Assembly (NCBI GenBank): GCA_964470065.1
Contig: CAYYAR010000016.1
Location: forward strand, 5,080-69,079
Length of the DNA: 64,000 nt
From: an uncultured Verrucomicrobiota bacterium
Lineage (GTDB): Bacteria; Verrucomicrobiota; Kiritimatiellia; CAIVKH01
Direction of reading: 5' to 3'
In this document: positions 9,018-18,730 of the stretch, piece by piece
Layout: each line of letters starts with the position of its first letter
How positions within the stretch are numbered: the stretch's first letter is position 1
The notes under the pieces: generated by a model
Told to the model about the DNA's origin: nothing
The model's input: the letters and a program-made list of their open reading frames with translations, nothing else
The model's database searches: none
Translations under genes and position numbers: made by a program

Positions 9018-9917
9018 ATGCGCGAGCCGGTCGTCACGTCCATCGAACTGCCCGGATTTCAACGCATTCGCTCCGGCAAAGTGCGGGAGGTGTTTGATGC
9101 CGGTGAGCATTACCTCCTCGTCGCCACCGACCGTATTTCCGCATTCGATTGCATTCTGCCCAATGGCATACCCGGCAAGGGGCGAGTATTGAACATGCTA
9201 TCCGCCTGGTGGTTTGAGCGACTTCGGTCCATCACGCCACATCACATGGTTACCGCGGACATCAACGAGTTTCCCGTTACGCTGCAACCCTATCGCGACG
9301 TCCTGCACCAGCGTTCGATGCTGGTGAAGAAAACCTCGGTTTTTCCGGTTGAATGTGTCGCTCGCGGCTATCTCATCGGTTCCGGCTGGAAGGAATATGC
9401 GGCGCGGGGCACCGTTTGCGGTCTGCCCCTGCGGGCCGGTTTACCCATGGCGGGCAAACTCGACGAACCCATTTTTTCGCCGGCGACCAAGGCGGAAAGC
9501 GGCCATGACGAGAACATTTCCTTTGAAGCCATGGGCGAAATCGTTGGCCTGGAAACCGCCATCCACTTGAAGAGGATTACCCTCGCCCTTTACCGCGAAG
9601 CCTCCGCCTATGCGGCAAGTCGGGGGATCATCCTCGCCGACACCAAGTTTGAGTTCGGTCGCGATGCGCAGGGGCGGATTATCCTTATCGACGAAGCGCT
9701 CACGCCCGATAGTTCCCGCTACTGGCCGGCGCCGGCATATCAACCGGGTCATTCGCCCCCGTCGTTTGACAAGCAATTCGTGCGCGATTATCTCGAATCC
9801 ATTCCCTGGGATAAGACACCGCCTGCTCCCGCCCTTCCGCAAGAAATTGCGGCGAAGACGGCGGCCAAATACCTCGAGGCCTATACATTGCTCACCGGGA
9901 TGACCTTGAACCCGTGA
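9018..9917 (+). CDS. purC: Phosphoribosylaminoimidazole-succinocarboxamide synthase (SAICAR synthase)
   Basis: 299-aa long-form PurC: GKVREVFD..., LVATDRISAFD and ILADTKFEFG motifs. Confidence 0.9.
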   Translation: MREPVVTSIELPGFQRIRSGKVREVFDAGEHYLLVATDRISAFDCILPNGIPGKGRVLNMLSAWWFERLRSITPHHMVTADINEFPVTLQPYRDVLHQRSMLVKKTSVFPVECVARGYLIGSGWKEYAARGTVCGLPLRAGLPMAGKLDEPIFSPATKAESGHDENISFEAMGEIVGLETAIHLKRITLALYREASAYAASRGIILADTKFEFGRDAQGRIILIDEALTPDSSRYWPAPAYQPGHSPPSFDKQFVRDYLESIPWDKTPPAPALPQEIAAKTAAKYLEAYTLLTGMTLNP

Positions 9918-9939
9918 AAATCCCTAACGAGCGTGCCGC

Positions 9940-10827
9940 ATGAAGAGCATGCTTGATCAATTTATTGACTTCATCAATCTCGAGAAGGGACTCAGTCCTC
10001 ACACGGCGGAGGCCTACCATCAGGACTTGAGCGACTTCATCGCCTGGATCCAGCGCCGCGGCATCAACGCGTTAGCCGCGGTAACCCGCCGGCATATCAT
10101 GGACTACCTGCTCGATCTGCGGGAGAAGAGCCGCTCGCCCGCCACGGTGTCGCGGCGCCTCGTGGCGATTCGCGTGTTTTTCCGTTTCATGCTGCAGGAA
10201 GGTCTTCTATCCGCAAATGTTACGGATGCGATGGATGCGCCAAAGCTGTGGAAAATACTGCCGGAGACGCTTTCAATCGAGGAAGTCGACCGCTTGCTAA
10301 AGAGTCCGGATGTGCGCACCGCGCGCGGCATACGCGACAAGGCCATGCTGGAGTTGTTATACAGCTCGGGCTTGCGGGTCAGCGAACTCACATCGCTGCG
10401 GGTGGATGATCTTCATGCCGCCGAGGGTTATCTCAAGTGTCTTGGCAAGGGACGCAAGGAACGGATCGTTCCATTCGGATCCTCCGCCCGGGCGCATCTT
10501 GCCCGCTATCTTGACGAGGTGCGTCCGGTCTGGAACAAGGATCCGCACCAGCGCGCGGTGTTTCTCACCCGCCGCGATACCCCGGTCAGCCGCAAAACCG
10601 TTTGGCATCTGATCAAACGGTATGCGCTGAAAGCGGGCACGGGCCGCAGCATCTCGCCGCACACCCTTCGGCATTCGTTCGCCAGCCACCTATTGGCCAA
10701 TCAGGCGCCTTTACGGGTGATCCAGGAAATGCTAGGTCATGCCGACATTGCCACCACCCAGATCTACACGCATGTGGACCAGAGCCGGCTCAAATCCGTG
10801 CACAAAAAGTTTCATCCCCGGGCCTGA
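9940..10827 (+). CDS. xerD: Tyrosine recombinase XerC/XerD family (XerD-like)
   Basis: N-terminal SAM-like domain, LLYSSGLRVSEL, then HTLRHSFASHLL and LGHADIATTQIYTHV (R-H-R-Y catalytic set). Confidence 0.8.
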   Translation: MKSMLDQFIDFINLEKGLSPHTAEAYHQDLSDFIAWIQRRGINALAAVTRRHIMDYLLDLREKSRSPATVSRRLVAIRVFFRFMLQEGLLSANVTDAMDAPKLWKILPETLSIEEVDRLLKSPDVRTARGIRDKAMLELLYSSGLRVSELTSLRVDDLHAAEGYLKCLGKGRKERIVPFGSSARAHLARYLDEVRPVWNKDPHQRAVFLTRRDTPVSRKTVWHLIKRYALKAGTGRSISPHTLRHSFASHLLANQAPLRVIQEMLGHADIATTQIYTHVDQSRLKSVHKKFHPRA

Positions 10828-10845
10828 TTGATTTACCCTTTCCCC

Positions 10846-11532
10846 ATGCTGGATCACCTGCAAAAAACCTTGGGCTATCGTTTCCGTGACCTTGCATGGT
10901 TGCAGCTGGCTCTAACCCATTCTTCGGCGCGTCATGAGTTGAACCTGCCGGATGATAACCAACGGCTGGAATTTCTGGGCGACGCCGTGCTTGGTCTGCT
11001 CACCGCCGACTATGGCTACCATGCTCACTCGGAACGCGACGAAGGCGTGCTGACCATCCTCCGGAGCTCCGCGGCAAGCAGCCCGGCGCTGGCCCACATC
11101 GCCCGCACCATCGGGCTGGGCGACTACCTGATACTCGGCAAAGGCGAGGATGCCAGCGGTGGGCGCGGCAAGGAAAAGAATCTGGCCGACGCACTGGAGG
11201 CCTTGATCGGCGCCAGCTACCTGGATGGTGGATTGGAAGGCGCCCGCCGGGTCTTTCAACACTTATTCGTGCCGGCCATGGAACAACCGGCCCCGGCAGA
11301 AGGGCCGGCAAATCCCAAGGGAGAATTGCAGGAGTGGGCACAAGCCCGCGGCCTGGCTTGCCCGGAATACGAGGTTATCAAGACGGAAGGTCCCTCCCAC
11401 CAGCCGGTTTTTCAGGTCGAAGTTCGCCTGGAGCCTAATGCCATCGCGTCTGGCGCCGGACCGAGTAAGAAAATAGCCGAGATGGAAGCCGCACGCCTCC
11501 TCCTCGCCCAGCTAACAAACCAAAGCGGCTAA
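10846..11532 (+). CDS. rnc: Ribonuclease III
   Basis: ERLEFLGDAVL signature and a C-terminal dsRBD (ELQEWAQARG...). The track start at 10828 is a TTG abutting the xerD stop; ATG at 10846 gives the usual MLDHLQKTLGYRF N-terminus. Confidence 0.9.
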   Translation: MLDHLQKTLGYRFRDLAWLQLALTHSSARHELNLPDDNQRLEFLGDAVLGLLTADYGYHAHSERDEGVLTILRSSAASSPALAHIARTIGLGDYLILGKGEDASGGRGKEKNLADALEALIGASYLDGGLEGARRVFQHLFVPAMEQPAPAEGPANPKGELQEWAQARGLACPEYEVIKTEGPSHQPVFQVEVRLEPNAIASGAGPSKKIAEMEAARLLLAQLTNQSG

Positions 11533-11611
11533 ATAAATTCAATTTCTCAGAAAAAAATCATTTTTTGTGCAATAAAATAATTTTATTTGCGTATAGAGCA
11601 TACTTTTGTAT

Positions 11612-11630
11612 TCTAGGTATAGAACCTAGA
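11612..11630. promoter_or_regulatory. Inverted repeat TCTAGGT-N5-ACCTAGA in an AT-rich promoter region
   Basis: Perfect 7-bp arms ending 3 nt before the GGAG SD of the 11641 gene. It is embedded in a 108-bp strongly AT-rich gap (11533..11640). Confidence 0.3.
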
Positions 11631-11640
11631 TGGAGAAAGA

Positions 11641-12039
11641 ATGAATAGGAACCTGAAAAAGTTGTCAATCGACGACATGTTGCACGAAATCAAGCGTAGA
11701 AACCGGTTAATCGCAACCTTAAACCGGCGCCGCCAAACGTTGTTGACCCGGGTGGAAGAGGTCGAACAACAGATCAAGGATCATGGTGGTGACATCAAGC
11801 GGGTAAGCATGGCCGGACTTCCCGGCGGACGTCGCCCGCGGAACGAAATGTCCTTACCCGATGCCATGGCCAAAGTTATGAGCAAAGATAAAGCCATGAG
11901 CGTTTCTCAGATCGAGCAGGCCGTGAACAAGATCGGCTATCGCTCCGTTTCCACTACATTCAAGACGATCATTTTTCAGGCCTTGGCCAAAGACGCCCGC
12001 TTCAAGAAGATGGCGCGCGGCCAGTATGTGCTGAAATAA
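11641..12039 (+). CDS. Small coiled-coil protein with a C-terminal HARE-HTH-like winged-helix domain
   Basis: GGAG SD 6 nt upstream. The C-terminal MSLPDAMAKVMSKDKAMSVSQIEQAVNKIGYRS...ALAKDARFKKMARGQYVLK fits my recollection of the HARE-HTH pattern (RpoE-delta N-terminal type). Confidence 0.55.
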   Translation: MNRNLKKLSIDDMLHEIKRRNRLIATLNRRRQTLLTRVEEVEQQIKDHGGDIKRVSMAGLPGGRRPRNEMSLPDAMAKVMSKDKAMSVSQIEQAVNKIGYRSVSTTFKTIIFQALAKDARFKKMARGQYVLK

Positions 12040-12100
12040 CCGCCCGCCGGCTTGACTTCTGGAGGGGTGATGTCATACCTTCACCCTTCTTTGGCATCGT

Positions 12101-12175
12101 TCCGGTGTAGCTCAATGGTAGAGCAGGGCGCTGTTAACGCCAAGGTTGTAGGTTCGAGCCCTACCGCCGGAGCCA
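12101..12175 (+). tRNA. tRNA-Asn (anticodon GTT)
   Basis: Manual cloverleaf fold. Acceptor stem TCCGGTG/CGCCGGA, D arm GCTC-AATGGTA-GAGC, anticodon loop CTGTTAA (GTT at 12133..12135). T arm GTAGG-TTCGAGC-CCTAC, discriminator G, encoded CCA. Confidence 0.95.
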
Positions 12176-12189
12176 ATCTTTTCCACCCC

Positions 12190-13311
12190 TTAGTTCTGCC
12201 GGTAGATCAGATAAAATCCGATCAATTCACACGCAATCACCGGTACCCAGACGATCAAGTCAGGCCGGAACGCCGGGCTACTGACCAGCGAATTGGCGAT
12301 GATCGTGAACAAATAGAAAAAGAAAACCAGTGCCAACGCGATCCCGATGCCAACCGACGATTCTTTCCGGCGGGACTTGATGCCGAGCGGAATCCCGATC
12401 AGGGTAAAGGCGAAGCAGGAAAGCGCCATGGAGAAGCGCTTGTTCACTTCAACAATCATGAACATTTTTTGCCGGGCCAAATCGTTCGCCTCCAAATCCG
12501 GAAAGGCTTTTTTTACATCCCGCACACGCTCGATCAACTCGGCCATCGGCATGTCTTTCGGCTTTTTTTTGCCCGGGCCTTGCTGTTGCTGCGTGGATAA
12601 ATCAATGCGCACCGGATAATAGTCGGCATTGATATAACGCGTCTTGCCCGGTTCGTCCGGCGATCCCGCATCACGCTGTTCGATGCGCACCCCGTATAGA
12701 TCGATATGGAGCACCTTGTGCCCGTTTTCCGATCGCAACTCGCCACGTTGCGCCATTACTTTCCGCGCTACGCCCTGCGCGTCACGTTCATACACCACCA
12801 CATCCTCGACCGCACTCCCGTCCCGCGACTCCACATACACCATCAAATTAGGAAAATCCTGAATGAATCGACCGGGCTCAAGCAGGTTCATTGGCTGCTC
12901 GAAACCGATGGTTCGCAACAATACGCGCGACTGCTCCTTGTAAAGTGGCGCGATCGTATTGTTGATGTAAAGGCAAAGTCCGCTGAACAAGACCGATGCA
13001 ATCACCACCGGAGCCATGACATTCCAGAGACTCATGCCGCATGCCTTCATGGCGGTAAGCTCGCCATCAAATGACAATCGTCCAAACAGCAGCAGGCACG
13101 CCGTCAGCACGCTGATCGGGATGGAAAAAGTCAGCAGGTAGGGAATGTTCAGCAAAAACAACTTGGTCATGAAGGCCAGCGAGATGCCCTGCGCGGCGGC
13201 ATCAATCGCCTTGATGATCACGCCGATGCACATGACAAAGGTGAAGATCGTCAATGTCATGAGAAAACCGATCGCATAATCCCTCAGGATGTAGCGCTGA
13301 AGGATACGCAT
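12190..13311 (-). CDS. LptF/LptG family lipopolysaccharide export permease
   Basis: MRILQRYILRDY... N-terminus typical of YjgP/YjgQ, with three N-terminal TMs, a periplasmic beta-jellyroll region and three C-terminal TMs. TGATG overlap with the folD stop. Confidence 0.8.
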   Translation of the reverse strand: MRILQRYILRDYAIGFLMTLTIFTFVMCIGVIIKAIDAAAQGISLAFMTKLFLLNIPYLLTFSIPISVLTACLLLFGRLSFDGELTAMKACGMSLWNVMAPVVIASVLFSGLCLYINNTIAPLYKEQSRVLLRTIGFEQPMNLLEPGRFIQDFPNLMVYVESRDGSAVEDVVVYERDAQGVARKVMAQRGELRSENGHKVLHIDLYGVRIEQRDAGSPDEPGKTRYINADYYPVRIDLSTQQQQGPGKKKPKDMPMAELIERVRDVKKAFPDLEANDLARQKMFMIVEVNKRFSMALSCFAFTLIGIPLGIKSRRKESSVGIGIALALVFFFYLFTIIANSLVSSPAFRPDLIVWVPVIACELIGFYLIYRQN

Positions 13312-14198
13312 CAGGATTTCCTCTGGCGGTTGCGCTTGGCGGCCTCGATCGTGTTGAACAGCAGCATGGTAATCGTCATCGGCCCCACCCCGCCCGGCAC
13401 CGGCGTGATGGCGGCGGCTTTCTTGGCCACCGGTTCGAAATCCACATCACCCACCAGACGGAATCCGCTCTTCTTTCCCGGATCCGGCACGCGATTCACC
13501 CCCACATCAATCACCACGGCGCCTTCGCGCACCATATCCGCGGTGACCGTTCCCGGACGACCCGCCGCCGCGATCACGATATCGGCCTCGCGGGTGAAAC
13601 GACCCATATCCGGCGTTCCGGTATGACACATGGTAACCGTGGCATTGCCCAGCGCGGACTTCATGGAGAGCAAATTGGCCAGCGGGCGACCGACAATATT
13701 GCTTCGGCCGATGACCACCACATGCTTGCCCGCCGGCGGATATCCGCCCCGCTGCAACATCTGAAGCACCCCGTGCGGCGTACAGGGCAGAAAAGCCGGC
13801 AGGCCGAGTATCATCCGCCCGACATTCACGGGATGGAAGCCGTCCACATCCTTGTCCGGACTGATTTCCTGAATGACCGCCGTTTCCATGGCCGATTCCG
13901 GCAGCGGCAACTGCACCAGAATACCGTGGATCCGCGTATCTGCATTGAATGCGCGGACCGCGTCGAGAATCTGCTCGCGCCGGGCATGTGAAGATAATAG
14001 CACCTCACGCGAGTAGAGCCCGGCTTCACCGCAGGCCTTCTCCTTGGCGGTCACGTACGAGCGCGATGCCGGGTTATCACCGACCAACACCACACCGAGT
14101 CCGGGCGTGATGCCGTACGCGCCCAACGCCGCTACATCGCCAATCATCTCGGCGCGGATCTCCGCGGAAATCTTCTTACCATCCAGCAATATGGTCAT
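13311..14198 (-). CDS. folD: Bifunctional methylenetetrahydrofolate dehydrogenase/cyclohydrolase
   Basis: MTILLDGKKISAEIRAE..., LVGDNPAS..YV, VQLPLP and VIGRSNIVGRP motifs. The track model carries a 27-codon spurious extension. Confidence 0.9.
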   Translation of the reverse strand: MTILLDGKKISAEIRAEMIGDVAALGAYGITPGLGVVLVGDNPASRSYVTAKEKACGEAGLYSREVLLSSHARREQILDAVRAFNADTRIHGILVQLPLPESAMETAVIQEISPDKDVDGFHPVNVGRMILGLPAFLPCTPHGVLQMLQRGGYPPAGKHVVVIGRSNIVGRPLANLLSMKSALGNATVTMCHTGTPDMGRFTREADIVIAAAGRPGTVTADMVREGAVVIDVGVNRVPDPGKKSGFRLVGDVDFEPVAKKAAAITPVPGGVGPMTITMLLFNTIEAAKRNRQRKS

Positions 14199-14285
14199 GA
14201 TGGTAAAAGCATAAGCAGAAAGTAGAGGAAGAACAAGTCTGCCCGCATCCAAACTTAGTGCACATCCCTGCGCAAGCAACCAGAG

Positions 14286-15413
14286 TCACACCGCCACCGG
14301 CAAGCGCCGCGAACCCCATGTGCCCGGAACCCGGTCGTAGATGCCGGCAATGCGGGTGTGACAAAATGAGCAATCGCCCTGATCGCCGATGTGCCATTCG
14401 GTAATATGATATCCATCCCGGCCGATCACGCGGCGGCGACAGCCCGGGCAATACGTGCCCCCACCCTCCGGGTCGCGCACATTACCGGTGTAGACGTAAT
14501 GCAATCCATTTTTCAGGGCCACGGCGCGGGCGCGGGTCAACGTCGAGTGCGGCGTCGGCGGATGATTCATCATTTTATAATCCGGATGAAAGGCGGTGAA
14601 GTGCAGTGGCACATCCGGACCCAACTCGCGGTGTATCCAGCGCGTCATCGCCTCCAACTCTTCGTCGCTATCATTTTCGCCGGGAATCAAAAGCGTAGTG
14701 ATTTCAAGCCACACCCCGGTTTCGTGGTGCACATAGACGAGGGTATCCAGGACGGTTTGCAAATCGGCGCCGCACAGTTGGTGATAAAACGAGTCGCTGA
14801 ACGCCTTCAAGTCGATGTTGGCAGCATCCATAGATCGATAGAATTCCCGCCGCGGTTCGTCGCACATATAACCGGCGGTCACGGCGATGGTCTTCAGGCC
14901 GCGCGATCGACATGCCCGGGCCACATCGATGGCATATTCCATGAAGATCACCGGGTCGTTGTAAGTGAAGGCCACACTCCGGCATCCGGTCCGCTGCGCC
15001 GCGGCCGCGATCATTTCCGGTGAGGCATGCGCCGACAGCACATCCACCTCGCGCGACTTGCTGATGCTCCAGTTCTGGCAAAATTTACAGGCGAGGTTGC
15101 AACCAGCCGTTCCAAACGAGAGCACCGGGGTGCCGGGCAGGAAATGATTCAACGGTTTTTTCTCCACCGGGTCCACGCAAAATCCACTGCTGCGACCATA
15201 CGTGGTCAATACAATCTCGCCATCGAGAGCCGCACGCACGAAACAAGCGCCCCGTTGACCATCGGCCAGGCGGCAGTGATTGGGACACAGATTGCACTGC
15301 ACCCTTCCATGGGGAAGTTTTTCCCAATATCGCGTCGCCACCACCGACGCATCGCGCTGGATCCTTGATGTCACATGAGCTCCACGGGTGCCACGAACTC
15401 CGGCTATTGGCAT
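14286..15413 (-). CDS. AmmeMemoRadiSam system radical SAM enzyme
   Basis: CNLACKFCQNW (CxxxCxxC), an N-terminal VQCNLCPNHCRL Cys cluster and the C-terminal region typical of this rSAM subfamily. Genomic linkage to Memo and AMMECR1 genes. ATG at 15413 preferred because 15488 would overlap the divergent memo start. Confidence 0.85.
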   Translation of the reverse strand: MPIAGVRGTRGAHVTSRIQRDASVVATRYWEKLPHGRVQCNLCPNHCRLADGQRGACFVRAALDGEIVLTTYGRSSGFCVDPVEKKPLNHFLPGTPVLSFGTAGCNLACKFCQNWSISKSREVDVLSAHASPEMIAAAAQRTGCRSVAFTYNDPVIFMEYAIDVARACRSRGLKTIAVTAGYMCDEPRREFYRSMDAANIDLKAFSDSFYHQLCGADLQTVLDTLVYVHHETGVWLEITTLLIPGENDSDEELEAMTRWIHRELGPDVPLHFTAFHPDYKMMNHPPTPHSTLTRARAVALKNGLHYVYTGNVRDPEGGGTYCPGCRRRVIGRDGYHITEWHIGDQGDCSFCHTRIAGIYDRVPGTWGSRRLPVAV

Positions 15414-15460
15414 TGTACCCCCACCGGCACGGAGGTACAATAACTCCAGAGGTGAATGCC

Positions 15461-16261
15461 ATGAAGACGGCCGTTGTTCGACCACCATCAGTTGCGGGAA
15501 AGTTTTACCCCGGCACCGCGTATGAATTGAATAGCGATGTCACGGCCTACATGGCCCGCGCCCGTCCACCGCGCCTGCCCACCGCGCCCAAGGCGCTGAT
15601 CGCACCGCATGCCGGCTACCCATACTCCGGGCCCGTCGCCGGCTCGGCATTCAAGAGCCTGAACGGGATGCACAAACAGATCACCCGGGTCATCCTCTTC
15701 GGCCCCAGCCACCATGTTTCGTTCCGCGGCATGGCGCTTTCCAGCGCGGATGCCTTCCAAACCCCGCTGGGCGAAATCGAAGTCGATCATCAAGCCACAG
15801 AAGAGCTGAACGGCAATCCACTGGTGGTCGTAAACGATCATGCGCATCGCGACGAGCACAGTCTCGAGGTGGAGCTGCCTTTTTTGCAGTGTGCGCTGGA
15901 CGATTTCACGATCGTGCCGGTGGTGGTTGGCAATGCCCGCGCCGAAGAAGTATCGAGCGTGATGGAGCTGTTGTGGGGCGGACCGGAAACGCTGATCGTC
16001 GTGAGCTCGGACTTGAGCCATTACCACGCGTATGAGTTGGCCCGCGATATCGACCGGCAGACCACCGACGCCATCGTGGCGCTTGCACCGGAGCGAATCA
16101 GCCCCGATCAGGCTTGCGGCCGCCTGGCGGTGCAGGGTCTCCTGTTGAGCGCGCGCAAACACACGCTCCGGGCCGTCGCTCTCGATGTGCGGAATTCCGG
16201 CGACACCGCCGGCGACCGCCGGCAAGTGGTGGGTTATGGAGCCTACGTATTCATTGCATAA
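15461..16261 (+). CDS. AmmeMemoRadiSam system protein B (MEMO1-family)
   Basis: PPSVAGKFYPG..., APHAGYPYSGP and SSDLSHYH motifs of the Memo/class III extradiol dioxygenase-like fold. Start re-set to ATG at 15461. Confidence 0.8.
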   Translation: MKTAVVRPPSVAGKFYPGTAYELNSDVTAYMARARPPRLPTAPKALIAPHAGYPYSGPVAGSAFKSLNGMHKQITRVILFGPSHHVSFRGMALSSADAFQTPLGEIEVDHQATEELNGNPLVVVNDHAHRDEHSLEVELPFLQCALDDFTIVPVVVGNARAEEVSSVMELLWGGPETLIVVSSDLSHYHAYELARDIDRQTTDAIVALAPERISPDQACGRLAVQGLLLSARKHTLRAVALDVRNSGDTAGDRRQVVGYGAYVFIA

Positions 16262-16808
16262 AGCCGCGCTGCTTCGCTGGGCACGCGCTTGCCTGGTGTA
16301 TGGTGTCGAGCATGGTTTGCCGCCGCCGGTGGCGGACGGCATGTTTCCGCCGGCGTGCATGGCCCGGCGTGCCGTGTTCGTGACGCTGGAGAAGCACGGT
16401 CAGCTCCGCGGTTGCATCGGACATCTCGAGGCCTCCCAGCCACTGGTCAAGGACATCGCCGAAAATGCGGTGGCCGCCGCGCTCCACGATACGAGATTTT
16501 TGCCGGTCAAATCCGGAGAGCTTCCGGACATCCGCATCACCATCTCAATCCTCACTCCGCCCGAACGTATGACCTTTGCCAGTGAGATGGACTTGTTGAG
16601 GCAACTGCGCCCGGGCGTGGATGGCTTGATCATCAGCGAGGGGCAACACCAAGCCACCTTTCTTCCGGCGGTGTGGGAAGAGTTACCCGATCCGCGCGAT
16701 TTCCTGACGCAACTGAAAATGAAGGCCGGATGGGCCGCCGATTATTGGTCACCTCGCATCAAGGCGTCGCGCTACGCCGCCGCATATATGCGTGAAATCG
16801 ATGCCTGA
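16236..16808 (+). CDS. AmmeMemoRadiSam system protein A (AMMECR1 domain)
   Basis: VFVTLEKHGQLRGCIGH motif (LRGCIG is the AMMECR1 signature). Overlaps the memo 3' end by 26 nt. Confidence 0.8.
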   Translation: MEPTYSLHKAALLRWARACLVYGVEHGLPPPVADGMFPPACMARRAVFVTLEKHGQLRGCIGHLEASQPLVKDIAENAVAAALHDTRFLPVKSGELPDIRITISILTPPERMTFASEMDLLRQLRPGVDGLIISEGQHQATFLPAVWEELPDPRDFLTQLKMKAGWAADYWSPRIKASRYAAAYMREIDA

Positions 16809-16881
16809 TCGCTTATCGCTTGCGGCTTGCCTTTACGCCGGCAATCACTACACTCGCGCGCCCTGAACCCCGAAGGATTCC

Positions 16882-18699
16882 ATGAGCCATACCCGTTACC
16901 GTAATATTGCGATCATTGCCCACGTGGACCACGGCAAAACCACCCTGGTCGACCAACTCCTCCGCGAAGGCGGCGCCTTCCGCACCAACGAGGCGGTCGC
17001 TGAACGCGCCATGGATTCAATGGATCTGGAAAAGGAGAAGGGTATCACCATCAAGGCAAAGAACGCCTCGGTGCACTGGCACGATTACGTGATCAACATC
17101 GTCGACACGCCCGGCCACGCCGATTTCGGCGGCGAGGTGGAACGTATCATGGGCATGGTCGACGGTGTCCTCCTGCTCGTCGACGCCCTCGACGGACCGC
17201 AGGCCCAAACCCGCTTCGTACTGAAAAAGGCTTTGCACCACGGACTGAAGGTCATCGTAGTCGTCAACAAGATCGACCGCGAACATGCCCACCCGCATCG
17301 GGTGCATGATCTTGTGCTCGAACTACTGCTGGAATTGAACGCCAGCGAGGAACAATTCAACGCGCCGTTTATTTATGCCAGCGCGCGCGACGGATTTGCC
17401 GTTCATCAACTCGAAGACGAGCGCAAAAACATGGTGCCGCTTTTCGAGTCGATCGTGCAGCATATCCCGCCGCCGAAGATCGAAACCGACTCGCCGTTCC
17501 GTATGTTGATCAGCAACCTCGACTGGAGCGACTATGTCGGGCGCATCGCCATCGGCAAGGTGCTCGGTGGTTCCGCCAAGATTGGCGACCCCGTTTACGC
17601 GCTGCGCCGCCACGGCGGTCGTGCGCGCGCCGTGATCACCAAGGTGTTTGAATTCAGCGGCATGAAATCCGCGGAGTCCGTAACGGCGGAAGCCGGCAAC
17701 ATTGTCGGTCTTTCCGGCTTCGACGAAATCGACATCGGCGACACGCTCAGCGATGCGCCCGACCGCGAGCCAATTCCCTTTACCGACATCGACCCCCCCA
17801 CCCTGCAAATGCAGTTTGGCGTGAACGACAGTCCGTTCTGCGGTCGCGAAGGCAAGTTCGTCACCGCGCGGCATCTTCGCGACCGGCTGGTGAAGGAAAC
17901 CCGCACCAACATTTCGCTCAAGGTGGAAGACACCGACTCCGCCAACTTCCTGCTGGTCAGCGCGCGCGGCGAATTGCAGATCGCCATTCTCGCCGAGCAG
18001 ATGCGACGTGAAGGCTTCGAAATGCTGCTATCCCGTCCGCAAGTGATCATGCGCAAGGAAGGTGGCACCACGCTCGAGCCGTTCGAAACCCTCTGGATCG
18101 ATTTGCCCGGCGATATTCTCGGCGATGTGTTGCAGAACCTGGCCGCCCGCAAGGGTCAAGTCACCAACATGTCGCATCACGCCGACCGCGTGCAAATTGA
18201 AGCGGTGATTCCGACCCGCGGACTGATCGGCCTCGAAACCGATGTGGTCAACGTCTCGAGCGGTCGTGCGGTGATGAGCCATATGTTCAAGGAGTACGCC
18301 GAACATTGTGGACCGATCGCCGGGCGCACATCCGGCACATTGGTTTCCATGGAACAGGGAACGGCCACGAGTTATGCCCTCGATATGTTGCAGGAGCGCG
18401 GACGTTTGTACATCGCGCCCGGCGAGGAAGTTTACGAGGGCATGATCGTGGGCGAAAATCCGCGGGCGGAAGATTTACCGGTGAACCCGACCAAGACCAA
18501 GCAACTGACCAACGTCCGCGCCTCCGGCAAGGACAAAGGCATTATCCTCGAACCTCCGCTCAAGATGTCGCTCGAGCATGCGATTGAATACATCTCCGCC
18601 GAGGAATTCATCGAGGTCACGCCCAAGAATCTGCGCCTCCGCAAAAAAATCCTGAACGCCACCCAACGAAAACGGGCGGCGCAAAAGGATGAAGGCTGA
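16882..18699 (+). CDS. typA: Translational GTPase TypA/BipA
   Basis: [10 protein letters not shown] (G1), DTPGHADF (G3), NKID (G4). The 605-aa length and EF-G-like domains match BipA. Confidence 0.95.
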   Translation: MSHTRYRNIAIIAHVDHGKTTLVDQLLREGGAFRTNEAVAERAMDSMDLEKEKGITIKAKNASVHWHDYVINIVDTPGHADFGGEVERIMGMVDGVLLLVDALDGPQAQTRFVLKKALHHGLKVIVVVNKIDREHAHPHRVHDLVLELLLELNASEEQFNAPFIYASARDGFAVHQLEDERKNMVPLFESIVQHIPPPKIETDSPFRMLISNLDWSDYVGRIAIGKVLGGSAKIGDPVYALRRHGGRARAVITKVFEFSGMKSAESVTAEAGNIVGLSGFDEIDIGDTLSDAPDREPIPFTDIDPPTLQMQFGVNDSPFCGREGKFVTARHLRDRLVKETRTNISLKVEDTDSANFLLVSARGELQIAILAEQMRREGFEMLLSRPQVIMRKEGGTTLEPFETLWIDLPGDILGDVLQNLAARKGQVTNMSHHADRVQIEAVIPTRGLIGLETDVVNVSSGRAVMSHMFKEYAEHCGPIAGRTSGTLVSMEQGTATSYALDMLQERGRLYIAPGEEVYEGMIVGENPRAEDLPVNPTKTKQLTNVRASGKDKGIILEPPLKMSLEHAIEYISAEEFIEVTPKNLRLRKKILNATQRKRAAQKDEG

Positions 18700-18730
18700 G
18701 GAATTTTCCCGGATCAAGCGGGATCGTCCA

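Noticed and set aside
9940-10827. Tyrosine recombinase as the integrase of a mobile element
   Set aside because: It has XerD-type motifs and sits between purC and rnc, abutting rnc by 0 nt. I found no flanking direct repeats, cargo genes or compositional break.
12040-12190. tRNA-Asn as an island attachment site
   Set aside because: No direct repeat of the tRNA 3' half was found in the neighbouring 2 kb, and no integrase lies adjacent. The downstream gene is a housekeeping LptF/G permease.
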